64,000 bases of DNA. It comes from Mobula hypostoma. Taxonomy: Eukaryota. The translations under genes and the position numbers were made by a program. The notes under the pieces were generated by a model. The model did not search any database, was not told where the DNA came from, and saw nothing but the letters and a program-made list of their open reading frames with translations. The stretch lies in contig NC_086108.1 in assembly GCF_963921235.1 (NCBI RefSeq), positions 13,764,001 through 13,828,000 on the forward strand. The letters are read 5' to 3'. Positions 1 through 10,692 of this stretch are shown one piece after another. How positions within the stretch are numbered: position 1 is the stretch's first letter; the number at the start of each line of letters is the position of its first letter.

Positions 1-200
1 GGACCAGGCCTCGAACTGAGCTTCTCCTGGGTTCGGCTTCGTGCTGCGATGCCGTCACCAGCAGAGGGAGCGGTTGCGGGGACGGACAGGGGGCGGGGGC
101 GGGGCAGGACTTCTCGTCGGCCGCCCGGGGTCTGATCCCGATCCCGACCCCGACCCCCCGCTCCCGGCTGTGGGGGGCGAGTGCTGATGGGATCAGTGAA
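1..200. promoter_or_regulatory. CpG-rich promoter-like segment with GC boxes and CTCF-like motif
   Basis: High GC/CpG relative to the rest of the window; tandem GGGGCGGGG boxes at 89-105; CCAGCAGAGGGAGC at 58-71 resembles the CTCF core. Confidence 0.55.
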
Positions 201-1825
201 CGTCTTGTTCTTGTAAATGGTGATTGCAGTCGCCATGAAACTTTAAAGTGCATTATTGCCACCTGCTGAGTTGGAGCGTGGAGCAAAGAGACAGGAAGTG
301 ATCCCACTAAATTCCTCCCCGAACAATGCTTTTCAGAAAGTCAAATACATATTATATACATTACGATGGTAGTGATAACCTAACAAACATGTTAAATTGC
401 GTCTGTCCCAAAGATCTCAGTTCAACAGCAATTGAATAGGTAAGACTCTCCCAACCATTGAGTACATCTACAGGAAACGTTGCCGTAGAAAAGCAGCATC
501 CAACATCGAAGATTCTCTCCACTCAGGCTATGCTATTTTCTCGCTGCTGTCATCAGGTAGAAAGTACAAGAGCCTCAGGACTTACAACATCAAGTTCAAG
601 AACAGTTACTACCCCTTGACCATCAGGCTCTTGAACAATGGGGGATAATTACACTCATTTAAGGACTTTTTTTCTTGTTAATTCATGCTCATTGTTTATT
701 GCTATTTAATCATATCTGCATTTGAACAGTTAGTTTACAGTTTTTGTTCTGTAGATTTGCTATGTCCACAGAAAAAGAATCTCCAGGTTGCCTGTGATGA
801 CATGTATGTACTCTGATAAGAAATTTTACTTTAAAGTTTTGAACCTTGAACTTTGTTTCCTTTGCACTTCTTAGGAACTGCATTTAAATAATATATGCTG
901 CACATATGCAGTCCATACAAATGCCCACATCCTGCATGTTAATTCTGAACAAGGAATTGTTCAACCTAGTATGTCCAGTATGTAAATGTTTATGTATAAC
1001 TTCTTCTTTCCTTTTATACTCATCTCTCAATTGAGTTCCCAGCATCCTCTAAATTTTATATAAATACCATTCTTTCTTTGCCTTATCCCAACTCTGTTGC
1101 CACAGTGAGCAAATAGACTTTTTAATTATGGCTTTCATTTCTCATTTATACAAAGGCAGCACAACATTTACGTCCTTAATTCTAAGTGATTGCTTGGCAA
1201 GAATGTCTGCCACCTCCTCTCCTTCAACCCCAACATGTGCAGGGAGCTGTAAGACATCTACACACAAGCCTGTGTGACTCTGCAGCCTCAACAGATGTTG
1301 TCCAATCTCAAGAAGAATATCTGGTCTACAATTTGAAGTACCTGTTAAAATAGATGTCAAAACCGAGAATGAATCAGAGCACAGAAGCTCATAATCAGAG
1401 TGTACTTCCTCGACCCATTCCAAGGCTAAGATGATATCAATATTCACATCTCGGATGTGAATATTGATACTTTCTCTGATATTCTTTTTTTAATAATCAC
1501 CTGAAACTTTGGAACATAGACAGAAACACCTGAATGATATGTCACTGGATCTTTTGAACCAGCTGTATAGATGTGTAAGGAGCCATAATATATGCTTTGC
1601 ATCTATTGCTGAATTACCTGTGCCATTGATATGCAATCATTCTTCATCTTGAAGGCTTAAATCAACCCAGGCAATGGTAAATACATGGAAGAGCGACAGA
1701 AAAGGGTACACTGGGACTATATTCTACATTAAACGACCCAAGATTTTGTACCCATTCAATTCTCATCCACCCAAAAATGCAGTGCTCACAACACTCTACT
1801 AATGTTACCAATATTGGACGACCCA
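200..1825 (-). mobile_element. Nimb/I-group LINE 3' fragment with RNase H domain (decayed, interrupted)
   Basis: ORF 1142-1447 has SDSFSVL...LPAHVGVEGEEVAD.LAK, an RNase H motif of I-group LINEs; 3' tail near 200-280 (CAGGTGGCAATAATGCAC...AAGAACAAG on -). Confidence 0.65.
437..850 (+). mobile_element. Rex1-like LINE 3' fragment nested in the Nimb-like element
   Basis: Sequence resembles the 3' ends of other Rex1-like copies here (e.g. 23600-23930, 39530-40030); TTGAAC tail. Confidence 0.5.
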
Positions 1826-1829
1826 TTGC

Positions 1830-2270
1830 TTCTGTACTTAGGAGACAGACACTGACTAAGAAGTGAGCTAAAGTGGCATCAACTTCATAGATCCTGTACA
1901 GATTACAGAGGAAGAAGTATTTACTGTCCTGAGGCAAATTAGAGTGGATAAATTCCCAGGGTCTGACAAAGTGTTCCCTTATACCCTGCAGGAGGCAAGT
2001 GCAGAAATTGCTGGGCCCCTGGCAGAGATACTTAAATCATCCTTAGCAACAGGAGAGGTACCAGAGGATTGGAGGATAGCCAATGTTGTTCCACTGTTCA
2101 AGAAAGGCTCTTAAAAATAAACCAGGAAATTATAGGCTGGTGAGCCTGACATCAGTAGAGGGAAAGTTATTGGAAGGTATTCTGAGAGACCAGGTATATA
2201 AGTATTTGGAAAGACATGGAGTGCTTAAGGATAGTTGGCATGGGTTCATGTGTGGTAGGTCATGTCTAAC
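1830..2270 (+). mobile_element. CR1 LINE ORF2 fragment, left part of the copy split by the HERO-like insertion
   Basis: KPGNYRLVSLTSVEGKLLE...HGFMCGRSCLT; continues at 5558. Confidence 0.85.
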
Positions 2271-2332
2271 CTTGTTACATACACTTTTTAGGGTGCATTC
2301 TCCAGTTACTTTATAAGGTAACCGTAACCTTC

Positions 2333-2456
2333 AGCCAGGAGCAGATGTCATCAGGTGGTTCCCAACCTCCACCGAGTGTTTCGACCCCTAACCACGACAC
2401 TCTACAGTTGGTGGGCTGGCAGTGGTGGCCAAATCACTGCCCATCTGCTCCTGGCT
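2333..2456 (-). ncRNA. Putative non-circularly permuted (pseudoknotted) hammerhead ribozyme
   Basis: On -: GAGUGUC(cut)-GUGGUU-AGGGGUC-GAAACACUC...AACCAC-CUGAUGA; stem III GAGUGU/ACACUC, stem I GUGGUU/AACCAC, 15-bp helix 2456-2442/2347-2333; all core nucleotides present. Confidence 0.75.
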
Positions 2457-5330
2457 TCCAGCTCCCCTCCTCTCGCCTACTCCAAATCCAACAAGAGGCT
2501 CATTCTGCTTCTTCCCCCATCCTACGAGCTGCTTGTTTTTTGCTCCTTTCGTCCAGGCCCATATCTGACAACAACCGCCATGCTGATTTGGCTGGGAAAC
2601 CTCTGCAGCCGATCTCCACAGGGAACAACCATGCCTGCCATCCCTTGTCTTTACACTCCTGCAGTAAGGGCTGGTACTTCAAGGTCTTTCTCTCGTGGGC
2701 CCCTTCCCATCCCTCCTCCCACGGCAGTCAACTCAACCAGAATTATTTTCTTGTCTTTGGTTGACCACAGTACAACGTCTGGGAGTTGGGTTGTGTGCAC
2801 CACTTCCGGGAACTGCAACCTCCTTCCCACATTGACCCTCATCTCCCAGGACCTGGCCGTTAGCAGCAGATTGGGCTTTGGTTGTTTGGTTACAAAAGTC
2901 CCAGCTCCCTCTTTGATGAAGGTGATGGCCTTCCTCAAATCTGTGCCAGCCGTCCTCTTCTTGCATCTGTCCCGCTCTAGTGTGTCAGCAAGAGCCAGAA
3001 GCACCTTATCATGGCACCACCTATACCGTCCTTGAGTTAGAGCTGTTTTACACCTGGACAGTATATGAGCCAGTGTCCCCTTTTGACCACAGAGCTTACA
3101 GTTTGGGTCCCCTCTCATCCCCCATGTGTACAGATGTAATGGCGAAAGAAGGGTGTCATACGCAAGAGGAAGGAAATACGGAAGGGCTCCAGTCTCCATA
3201 ACTCTGCCCATGAGATCTTGCGCTTAGGCAGATCCCATTCTGTCCAGGCACCCTGGGACCCTTGTTCCACTGCCTTTGAAATCTGCTTCTCTTCCTCACG
3301 GATCCGTACTTCTGCCTGTATCATGTCTCGCCTGTTCTTTATGCTTGCATTTCCCCACTTCTGGAAGTGAACTGAGCCGAGGCCTTGCCGTCTGACGCAG
3401 GGGTTGCTGATGATATCTCGCAGCTTCAGAAAACACACTGCCTCCTTCACAGTTGCGTGGGCTGCCCACTTGCGCCCAGATCTGGTTGTAACGCCTGCTT
3501 GCTTTACCAAGACGTCACTGGAATCTCTAAAGCTTAATAAAGCTCTGCATTTTGCCACCTTGAATTCCTCCACAACAGATGACAGGGGAAGCTGCAGTTG
3601 CCCAGAACAAATGTAGAGGCCCACTGAAGAGAAGCTTAGGGGAACTCCCAACCATCTCTGCAGGTGCTTGTTGGTTTTCCTCTCGATGCCCTCTACGACA
3701 GTCATGGGGAACTCATAAAGTGTGAAGAGCCAGAGAAGCCTGGGCGGAAGGCCGTATTGGTACAGCCAGGTCTTGAATTTACCGGGAAGTCCGAATTTGT
3801 CGATCTTCTTCAGCCATTTGTCTGTCTGCTTCACAGCATTGGTGACATTGGTCCCATCTGTCAGTGACACATTAAACCACTTCCCCAAGCATTTTATCGG
3901 GTTATCTTTGATGGAAGGGATGACCTCACCCTGAACCTGGAGGCTAAACTTGCTAGTAACTTTGCCCTTTCTGATCACCATACACCTGGACTTCTTGGCC
4001 TTGAAGGCCATCCTCACCCAAGTGGCTACATTACCCAGGGTATCCAATACCCATCTTGCTTCGACATGTGACACAGTTGTTATAGTGATGTCATCCATGA
4101 ACCCTCGTAGAGCCGGCTGAACAATGCCTGACTCCAGCATCCAGCGGGTTACATCTTCTGCTGCTGATAATAGGAGGTTCATTCCCATAATAAATAGGGT
4201 GGGGGAGATGGTGCACCCCGTTGGAATCCCCTTCTGGAGCTCCTGCCAACTAGTTGTGAAATGGGCTGATGTAAATCTGAGTTTGAACCCTCCTAGGTAG
4301 CTGGTGATTATGTCTCGAATAGCTACTGGGATGTAGTAGTGGTCAAATCCTTCTAGGATGAGGTCATGTGGGATAGACCCTAGGCGTTCGCGAGGTCTAA
4401 CCAGACAACTGTTAGGTCGCCTTTTTTCTGCTTGGCCTCATGGATCAAATAGCTAATCATTGAGGTGTGTTCCAGACACCCCGAAAAGCCTGGAATACCG
4501 CCTTTCTGGATGGATGTGTTGATATAGCGGTTCTGCGTCATGTAAGAAGTCAGCCTTCTTGCGAGCACAGAAAAGAAAATCTTACATTCCACATCCAGGA
4601 GAGAAATTGTCCTAAACTGAGCAATTGTGGAAGAAACCTCTTCCTTTAGAATAAAGCATCCCTCTGCCAATTTCCAACTTGATGGAATAGTAGCAATTGT
4701 GGAAGAAACCTCTTCCTTTAGAATAAAGCATCCCTCTGCCAATTTCCAACTTGATGGAATAGTACCTTTGGCCCAGATTTTGCTCATGACCTTCCACAGC
4801 CTCCGAAGAAGTTTTGGGCATTTCTTACACACCATATAAGGTATGCCGCTTGGGCCTGGGGCAGCTGATCCTTTAGCTTTCTGGATGATGTCCTGGATTT
4901 CCTGCCATGTAGGCCATTTGATCCTGTCTTTCCTTGACGAATGGATTGGGGTAGCCGAAGAGGAACTCACTAGGTCTGTTGTTTGGTGCTGAGGCGACTC
5001 AAGTGTGGAGAGATCTTCAGCTCCGTGGGGAGCTTCCTGGCTGGAATTCTCCTTCGTCTCACCGGACACTAAGTTCATGTGCTGCACTTGGGTCACCATT
5101 GATCCACATCTAGACTTACTCTAGTGTATCTTGAACCCTCTGATGTTTTTGCAGACTTTCCTGCAATGACGCCTCACCGTGAATTCCTCTCCGGTCAGTG
5201 TTGTTTGCTTTAGCTTCCTCGGAGTCGTGTTTTCTGTCCTGGCTGTTGCCGGTATGACCGTACTGTTGAGTCTCTCATCCTCCCCCTCTCTCGGGAGACT
5301 CTGGGGGTATTGCTCTTCGTGTTCAGTCGT
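2434..5330 (-). pseudogene. Disrupted single ORF of the HERO-like element (ZnF-RT-CCHC-RLE)
   Basis: Pieces 5121-5354, 4380-5099, 3115-4188, 2651-3211, 2500-2682, then ...SCWIWSRREEGSWKPGADGQ* ending at TGA 2436-2434; stops and frameshifts between pieces; 5' start approximate. Confidence 0.8.
4620..4763. repeat. Perfect 72-bp in-frame tandem duplication within the HERO-like RT
   Basis: 4620-4691 = 4692-4763; peptide TIPSSWKLAEGCFILKEEVSSTIA occurs twice. Confidence 0.95.
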
Positions 5331-5476
5331 AGCCTGAGCGGTGCCCTCTTGCAAGTGCTGCCCACAAGGTTACTAGCCTTGTGAGCCCGTGCCAGTCTTT
5401 CCTGGAGGTCAGCTGTCTCTCCAGCATCACCGACCTTCCTCGGTTGCCATCCAGTCTTTCCTGGAAGCCAATGGTA

Positions 5477-5557
5477 CTTGTTACATACACCTGTTAGGGT
5501 GCATTCTCCAGTTACCTTATAAGGTAACTGTAGCCTTCAGCCAGGAGCAGATGTCAT
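5477..5557 (-). repeat. 81-bp direct repeat of the element's 3' tail (2271-2351) at its 5' end
   Basis: Ungapped alignment, 76/81 identical. Confidence 0.95.
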
Positions 5558-6680
5558 AAAGTCTTATAAAGTCATTCAAGAAAGTTACCAGGAAAGTTGA
5601 TGAAGGCGAGGCAGTGAATGTTCTCTACATGGACTTTAGTAAGGCATTTGACAAGATCCCATGGGAATTTGGTCAAGAAGGTTCAGTTGCTTGGCATTCA
5701 AGATGAGGTAATAAATTGGATTAGACATTGGCTTTGTGGGAGAAGCCACAGAGTGGTAGTAGATGGTTTCCTCTCTGATGAAGGCCTACGGCAGAGATAG
5801 GTGCTGGGTCCATTGTTATTTGTCATCAATATCAATGATCTGAATGATAATGTGGTTAATTGGATCAGCAAATTTGCAGATGACACCAAGACTGGGGTGT
5901 AGTGGTCAGCGAGGAAGGCTATCATGGTTTGCAGTGGGATCTGGACCAGCTGGAAAAGTGGGCTGAAAAATGGCAGATGGAATTTAATACAGACAAATGC
6001 GAGGTTTTGTACTTCTGCAGGACAAACCAGGGTAGGTTTTACATAGTGAACGGTGGGGCACTGAGGAGTATGGTAGGACAAAGGGATCTGGGAATACAGA
6101 TCCATAATTTGTTGAAACTGGCGTCATAGGGAAATAGAGTCGTATAGAAAATTTCTGGTATATTGGCTTCATAAATCAAAGTATTGAGTGCAGGAGATGG
6201 GATGTGATGTTGAAATTGTATAAGATATTGGTGAGGCCTAATTTGGAGTATTGTGTGTATTTTTGGTCACCCACCTGCAGAAAAGATGTAAACAAGATTG
6301 AAAGAGTACAGAGAAAATTTTAAAGGATGTTACCAGGTGTAGAAGACAAGAATCATAAGGAAAGATTGAATAGGTTAGAATTTTATTCATTGGAATGTAG
6401 AAAACTGAGAAGAGATTTGATAGGGGTATGCAAATTTGAGGGGCAGAGATAGGGTAAATGCAAGCAGGCTCTTTCCACTGGGGTTGGGTGGGACAACAAC
6501 CGTAGGTCATGGGTTAAGGGTGAAAGTGAAAAAGTTGAAGGAGATCATGAGGGGAAACTTCTGTGGAATGGACTGCCAACACAAGTGGTGCATGCAGACT
6601 CGATATCAACATTTCAGAGAAGTTTGGATAGGTACATAGATCGTTGGGGATGTGGAGGGCTGTGGTCCCAATGCACACAC
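5558..6680 (+). mobile_element. CR1 LINE ORF2 fragment, right part
   Basis: YMDFSKAFDK, KFADDTK, LEKWAEKWQMEFN motifs. Confidence 0.85.
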
Positions 6681-8509
6681 TAGCTCTCCCACACCCCTCG
6701 GACTCCATACCACACCACATCTCAGGAAAGACATGAAGGTTTGGGAGAGGGACAGAGATTTGGTGAAATGATGACATTTATGGTTCTATTACTATTTATT
6801 ATTTATGGAGCAACTGTAATGAAAACCAATTTCCCCCAGGATTAATAAAGTATGACTATGACTATGACATAGGAGCAGAATTAGCTCATTAGGCCTATTG
6901 AGTCTCCTCTGCCACTTCACCATGGCTCATTTATTTTCCATCTCAACCCCAATCTCTTCCCATAGCCTTTGATGTCCTCACTAACAAAGAACCTTTCAAC
7001 CTCCAGTTTAACTACACCCAATGACTTGGTATCCACAGCTGCCTGTGACAATGTATTCCATAGATTTAAGACTCTCTGGCTAAAAATATTCCTGGTCCTC
7101 TTTGTCTAAAGGGTAGTCCTTGTACCCTGAGGCTTTGTCCTGTAATCCTTAGATTCTGCCACTATTGGAAACTTATCTAGGGCTTTCAATATTCAGTGGG
7201 TTTCAATGAGATTCTACCCCCCCCCCATACTTCTAAACACCAATGCCTACAGGTTCCTTAAGGATATTATACCCCAGGGGTGGTATTAAATGCACCCAAT
7301 GGCATGTGTCTCAAATAGCCTCTAACAACTAAGTCCAGCTCCTGGCCTTCACGTCCGGTGGAACCGTTTCTAGTGATAGGAGAAGGGGCAAAGGCAGGTT
7401 ATTGGCACTTAAAACCTGTCGCTTCGGGCAGATGAGACTCGTTAGCCAACTTGTTTCATCTGCCAACTTACAAATCATGAATGTGGATATTTCAAACAAT
7501 AATAATTCCAACACTGATCCCTGTGGTACACCACTAGTTACGGTCTTCCAGTCCCTAAAAAAAAATCCTCATAACCTCCATCTAATCAGCATCTGCAACA
7601 CTAGTTCTTGTCCACTCTATTATTTTTGCTCTGAGGAAAATAACCGGAGGTTTTTCAGTCTGGTATGATGGCTGATATCCCTCACACCGTCGGCCATCTC
7701 AGTAAAACTTTACTAAACTCACTGAAAACTTCACACCCTTGATTAAGTTGGTGAACACTATTGGATGCCGTGCTCCAGTATTTTATACAGGTTTGATATT
7801 ACTGTCCTGGATCTCTACCTTGTGCCAGTGCTTTTGAATTACAGCATCCCAAAGTTTGGAGTGTTCTAAAATTATTTATAAACTGCATTCAAAGTCCCCG
7901 GCAGTCTTGGTGGAAATTGATCTGTCCCTTCTACATCCTCTGTTCCCAGGATTTCACAGTGCTCCCAGGTGAAACAGCACTTCTTGCAATTGAGTATACT
8001 TCAGCCAGTGTTCACCATATGGTCTTGTCAGCACCTGAGAAACCATACAGGGGGGATAATTTTGCAGAACACCTCCATTCTGTCTGTATCACCTTTTACT
8101 TCAGTCTTCCGCACCATTCCCATTCAAATTTCTCTGTTCTGACCTTCAGCACTGGTTCATTAAAGTCCAAAATAAACTTGAAACTACCACCACAAGTGAG
8201 AAGCTTCTTAACCCCAATTCCATGTATAATCTTTCTCTAACTCTCCCTCTCCCTCTATCTCCCCTCCCCCTCCCCGTCCTCTCCCCTCCCTCCCCTCTCA
8301 CTCTCCTTCCTCACCCTCTTCTTCCCCCCTCCCACCCTCCCTCTCCCTCTACTCCTCCCTTTGGGTCACCATCCCTTTCCCTGACACCACCGTCTCTACC
8401 ACACCCAACTTCCTCTCACACTTGTCACTGACATTCTCTCTCTTTCTCCCAGTGCCACCTTCTCTCTCTCCCCCTCACCCAGGTGCATGCTCTCTCTATT
8501 TTACTTGGG

Positions 8510-8900
8510 GTCCATCCATAGCTCCCTGAGAGTGGCAACTCAATTAGATGAGGTGACAAAGAAGGCATATGGCGTGCATTGTTTGCCTTCATTGGTCACG
8601 GCATCGAGTATAAAAGTCAGGAAGTCAGGTTGCAGCTGCATGAAACATTAGTTAGGCTGCATTTTATGTTTTGTGTGCAGTTCTAGTTACCACATTACAG
8701 GAAGGATGTGGAGGCTTCAGCAAGGGTGCAGAAGATTTAACCAGGATTCGGTCTGGATTAGCGAGCATGAGCGTGAAGGATAGGCTGTGCAGACCTGGTT
8801 TGTTTTCTTTGAAGCATCAGAGACCGAGAGGAGGCCCAAGAGAAGTTTCTAAAATGATGGGAAACATAGATTGGTTATACATTCAGAATCCTTGTCCCAC
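8510..8900 (+). mobile_element. Decayed CR1 3' fragment
   Basis: Similar to the CR1 C-terminus (CVQF..PHYRKDV). Confidence 0.6.
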
Positions 8901-9179
8901 AGTCTGTCAAACAGCAGAGGGTAAAGTTCAACCTAAAAGAGTGTAGCAGGGGAACAAACACTTTGAACCACAGTGTCTGGGGCAAAAACAATGCAGTATT
9001 AAACTAATGTTCTTATTCATGCACAGGACCCACCTCCTATTCAGTTCATTCATGTGTCTAGCAACCTTTTAAACACCACTGTATGCAGGGATAGAGGGAC
9101 ATAGATCATAAGCAGGTAGATGTTTGGCACAGTCATATTGGATGTAAGTGCCTAGTGCTGTGTTGCACTGTTCTGTTTT

Positions 9180-9510
9180 CTCCCCACAATTTCACATACT
9201 CTCCCCTAGTATAACTCTCTTTCTTCCTCTGTGTGTGTATGTCTTGCTCTTTCCTTTTCTTTCTCTCCCTCCCTTTCTCTCACTGTCCTGCCTCTCTTTC
9301 TCATTTCTCCCTCTCATTCCTCTCTCGATCTGCCCACTCTTTTCACTGCTCTGTGCGATTCCTCTCTTTCATACTCCTCCCTCCCTTGCTCTCAACCTGT
9401 GCCTTTCTTGTCATTTCTCTCTCCCCCTCCTTCCATCTCTCTTACTCACACTCCCCCATTCTATTTTTCTCCCTCTGCCTCCTTCTCTCACCCTCTTCCC
9501 ACACATTGTA
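9180..9510. repeat. CT-rich low-complexity tract (similar tracts at 8230-8500 and 15045-15240)
   Basis: Polypyrimidine composition. Confidence 0.8.
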
Positions 9511-10379
9511 CACTCACAGATCATTGGTTGTCCCATGCCTGTCAGTTGCCTGTGCCAGTTGTGTTTCTAATGCAGACCTCAACACCTACACAATGCACAG
9601 ACTCCAACACCTGCAAACTCTGAACTGCTCTTTAGTGCAGTCAATTTACAAGCTGCTTCTGTTGCAAGCTGAGTGCTAACAGGAAGAATTAACCTCTGAC
9701 CTCCCACTGCGCACTCTCTGTTCCAGAATGCGTATATTACTTTGTTCTACTCTAGCATCAACTCCACTTCATTGGGTCGGTGTTTGCCACAAATTAATAT
9801 GTCTGTGGCGTTCAAGAAAGTGGTAAAATTTACCAATTAAATTCATAATATGTTTTATTATTGTCACATGTACCAAGGCACAATGAATACTTCTGTTGCA
9901 TGCTGTTCATTCATTACAGCAGTGCATTGAGATAGTACAAGGTGAGCAGTTACAGAGGGAGTGACGTGCAGCTAAACAATAAGGTATAGAACAAGATAGA
10001 TTATGAGATAAACAGTGCATTCTTATCGTACTACGGAACTGTTTAATAGTCTTATAAAAGCAGGACAGAAGCTGTCCTTGAGTATGCTGGTATATAGTGT
10101 CTAGCTTCTGTTTTTTCTGCCTAATTGGAGGGGGTGAAATGAGAATATCTGGAATGGGTGGGGTCTTTGCCTGTACTGGTTGCTTTACTAAGTCAGAGAG
10201 AAGTAGAGACAGCGTCCATGGATGGGAGGCTGGCTTCTGTACTATGCTGAACTGTGTCCACAACGCCTTGCAGTTTCTTGCAATGACGTGTAGAGCAGTT
10301 ACCATACCAAGCCATGATACCTCTGGATTAGATTCTTTCCATGATGCATCAATAAAAATTGGTGAAGGTCAAAGATTAG

Positions 10380-10641
10380 AACTAAAAAACTTACAGAGGA
10401 GATGTCAGGGGTAAGTTTTTTACGCAGAGAGTGGTAAGTGCGTGGAATGGGCTGCCGGTGACAGTGGTGGAGGCAGATACGATAGGGTCTTTTAAGAGAC
10501 TCCTAGATAGGTACATGGAGCTTAGAAAAATAGAGGGCTATGGGTAACCTTAGGTAATTTCTAAGTAAGTACGTGTTGGGCACAGCTTTGTGGGCCGAAG
10601 GGCCTGTACTGTGCTGTAGGTTTTCTATGTTTCTTTGTTTC
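10380..10641 (+). mobile_element. 5'-truncated CR1 3' end flanked by a 51-bp target duplication
   Basis: TTCTATGT-type tail; 10329-10379 matches 10642-10692 with 1 mismatch. Confidence 0.8.
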
Positions 10642-10692
10642 TAGATTCTTTCCATGGTGCATCAATAAAAATTGGTGAAGGTCAAAGATTAG

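Larger units (their letters stand above)
2271..5557 (-). mobile_element. HERO-like (R2 superfamily, RLE endonuclease) non-LTR retrotransposon, near full length, with terminal 81-bp direct repeats
   Basis: N-terminal Zn finger (HCRKVCKNIRGFKIH), RT (APGPSG, FRTISLL, WLDLANA, FMDD), CCHC knuckle (CKLCGQKGTLAHILSRC), RLE (HD...PDVV...VELT...KY); clean CR1 junctions on both sides. Confidence 0.88.

Noticed and set aside
2355..3035. 226-aa plus-strand ORF
   Set aside because: Antisense shadow of the RLE coding region with no recognisable motifs
5340..5557. HDV-like ribozyme at the 5' end of the HERO-like element
   Set aside because: I could not identify the nested double pseudoknot (P1/P1.1/P2/P3); only simple hairpins were found
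7270..7450. Structured RNA or ribozyme in an RTE-like 5' fragment
   Set aside because: Appears to be a partly deleted repeat fragment; no complete catalytic core identifiable by eye
9148..9679. Three overlapping hydrophobic ORFs
   Set aside because: They arise from CT-rich low-complexity sequence
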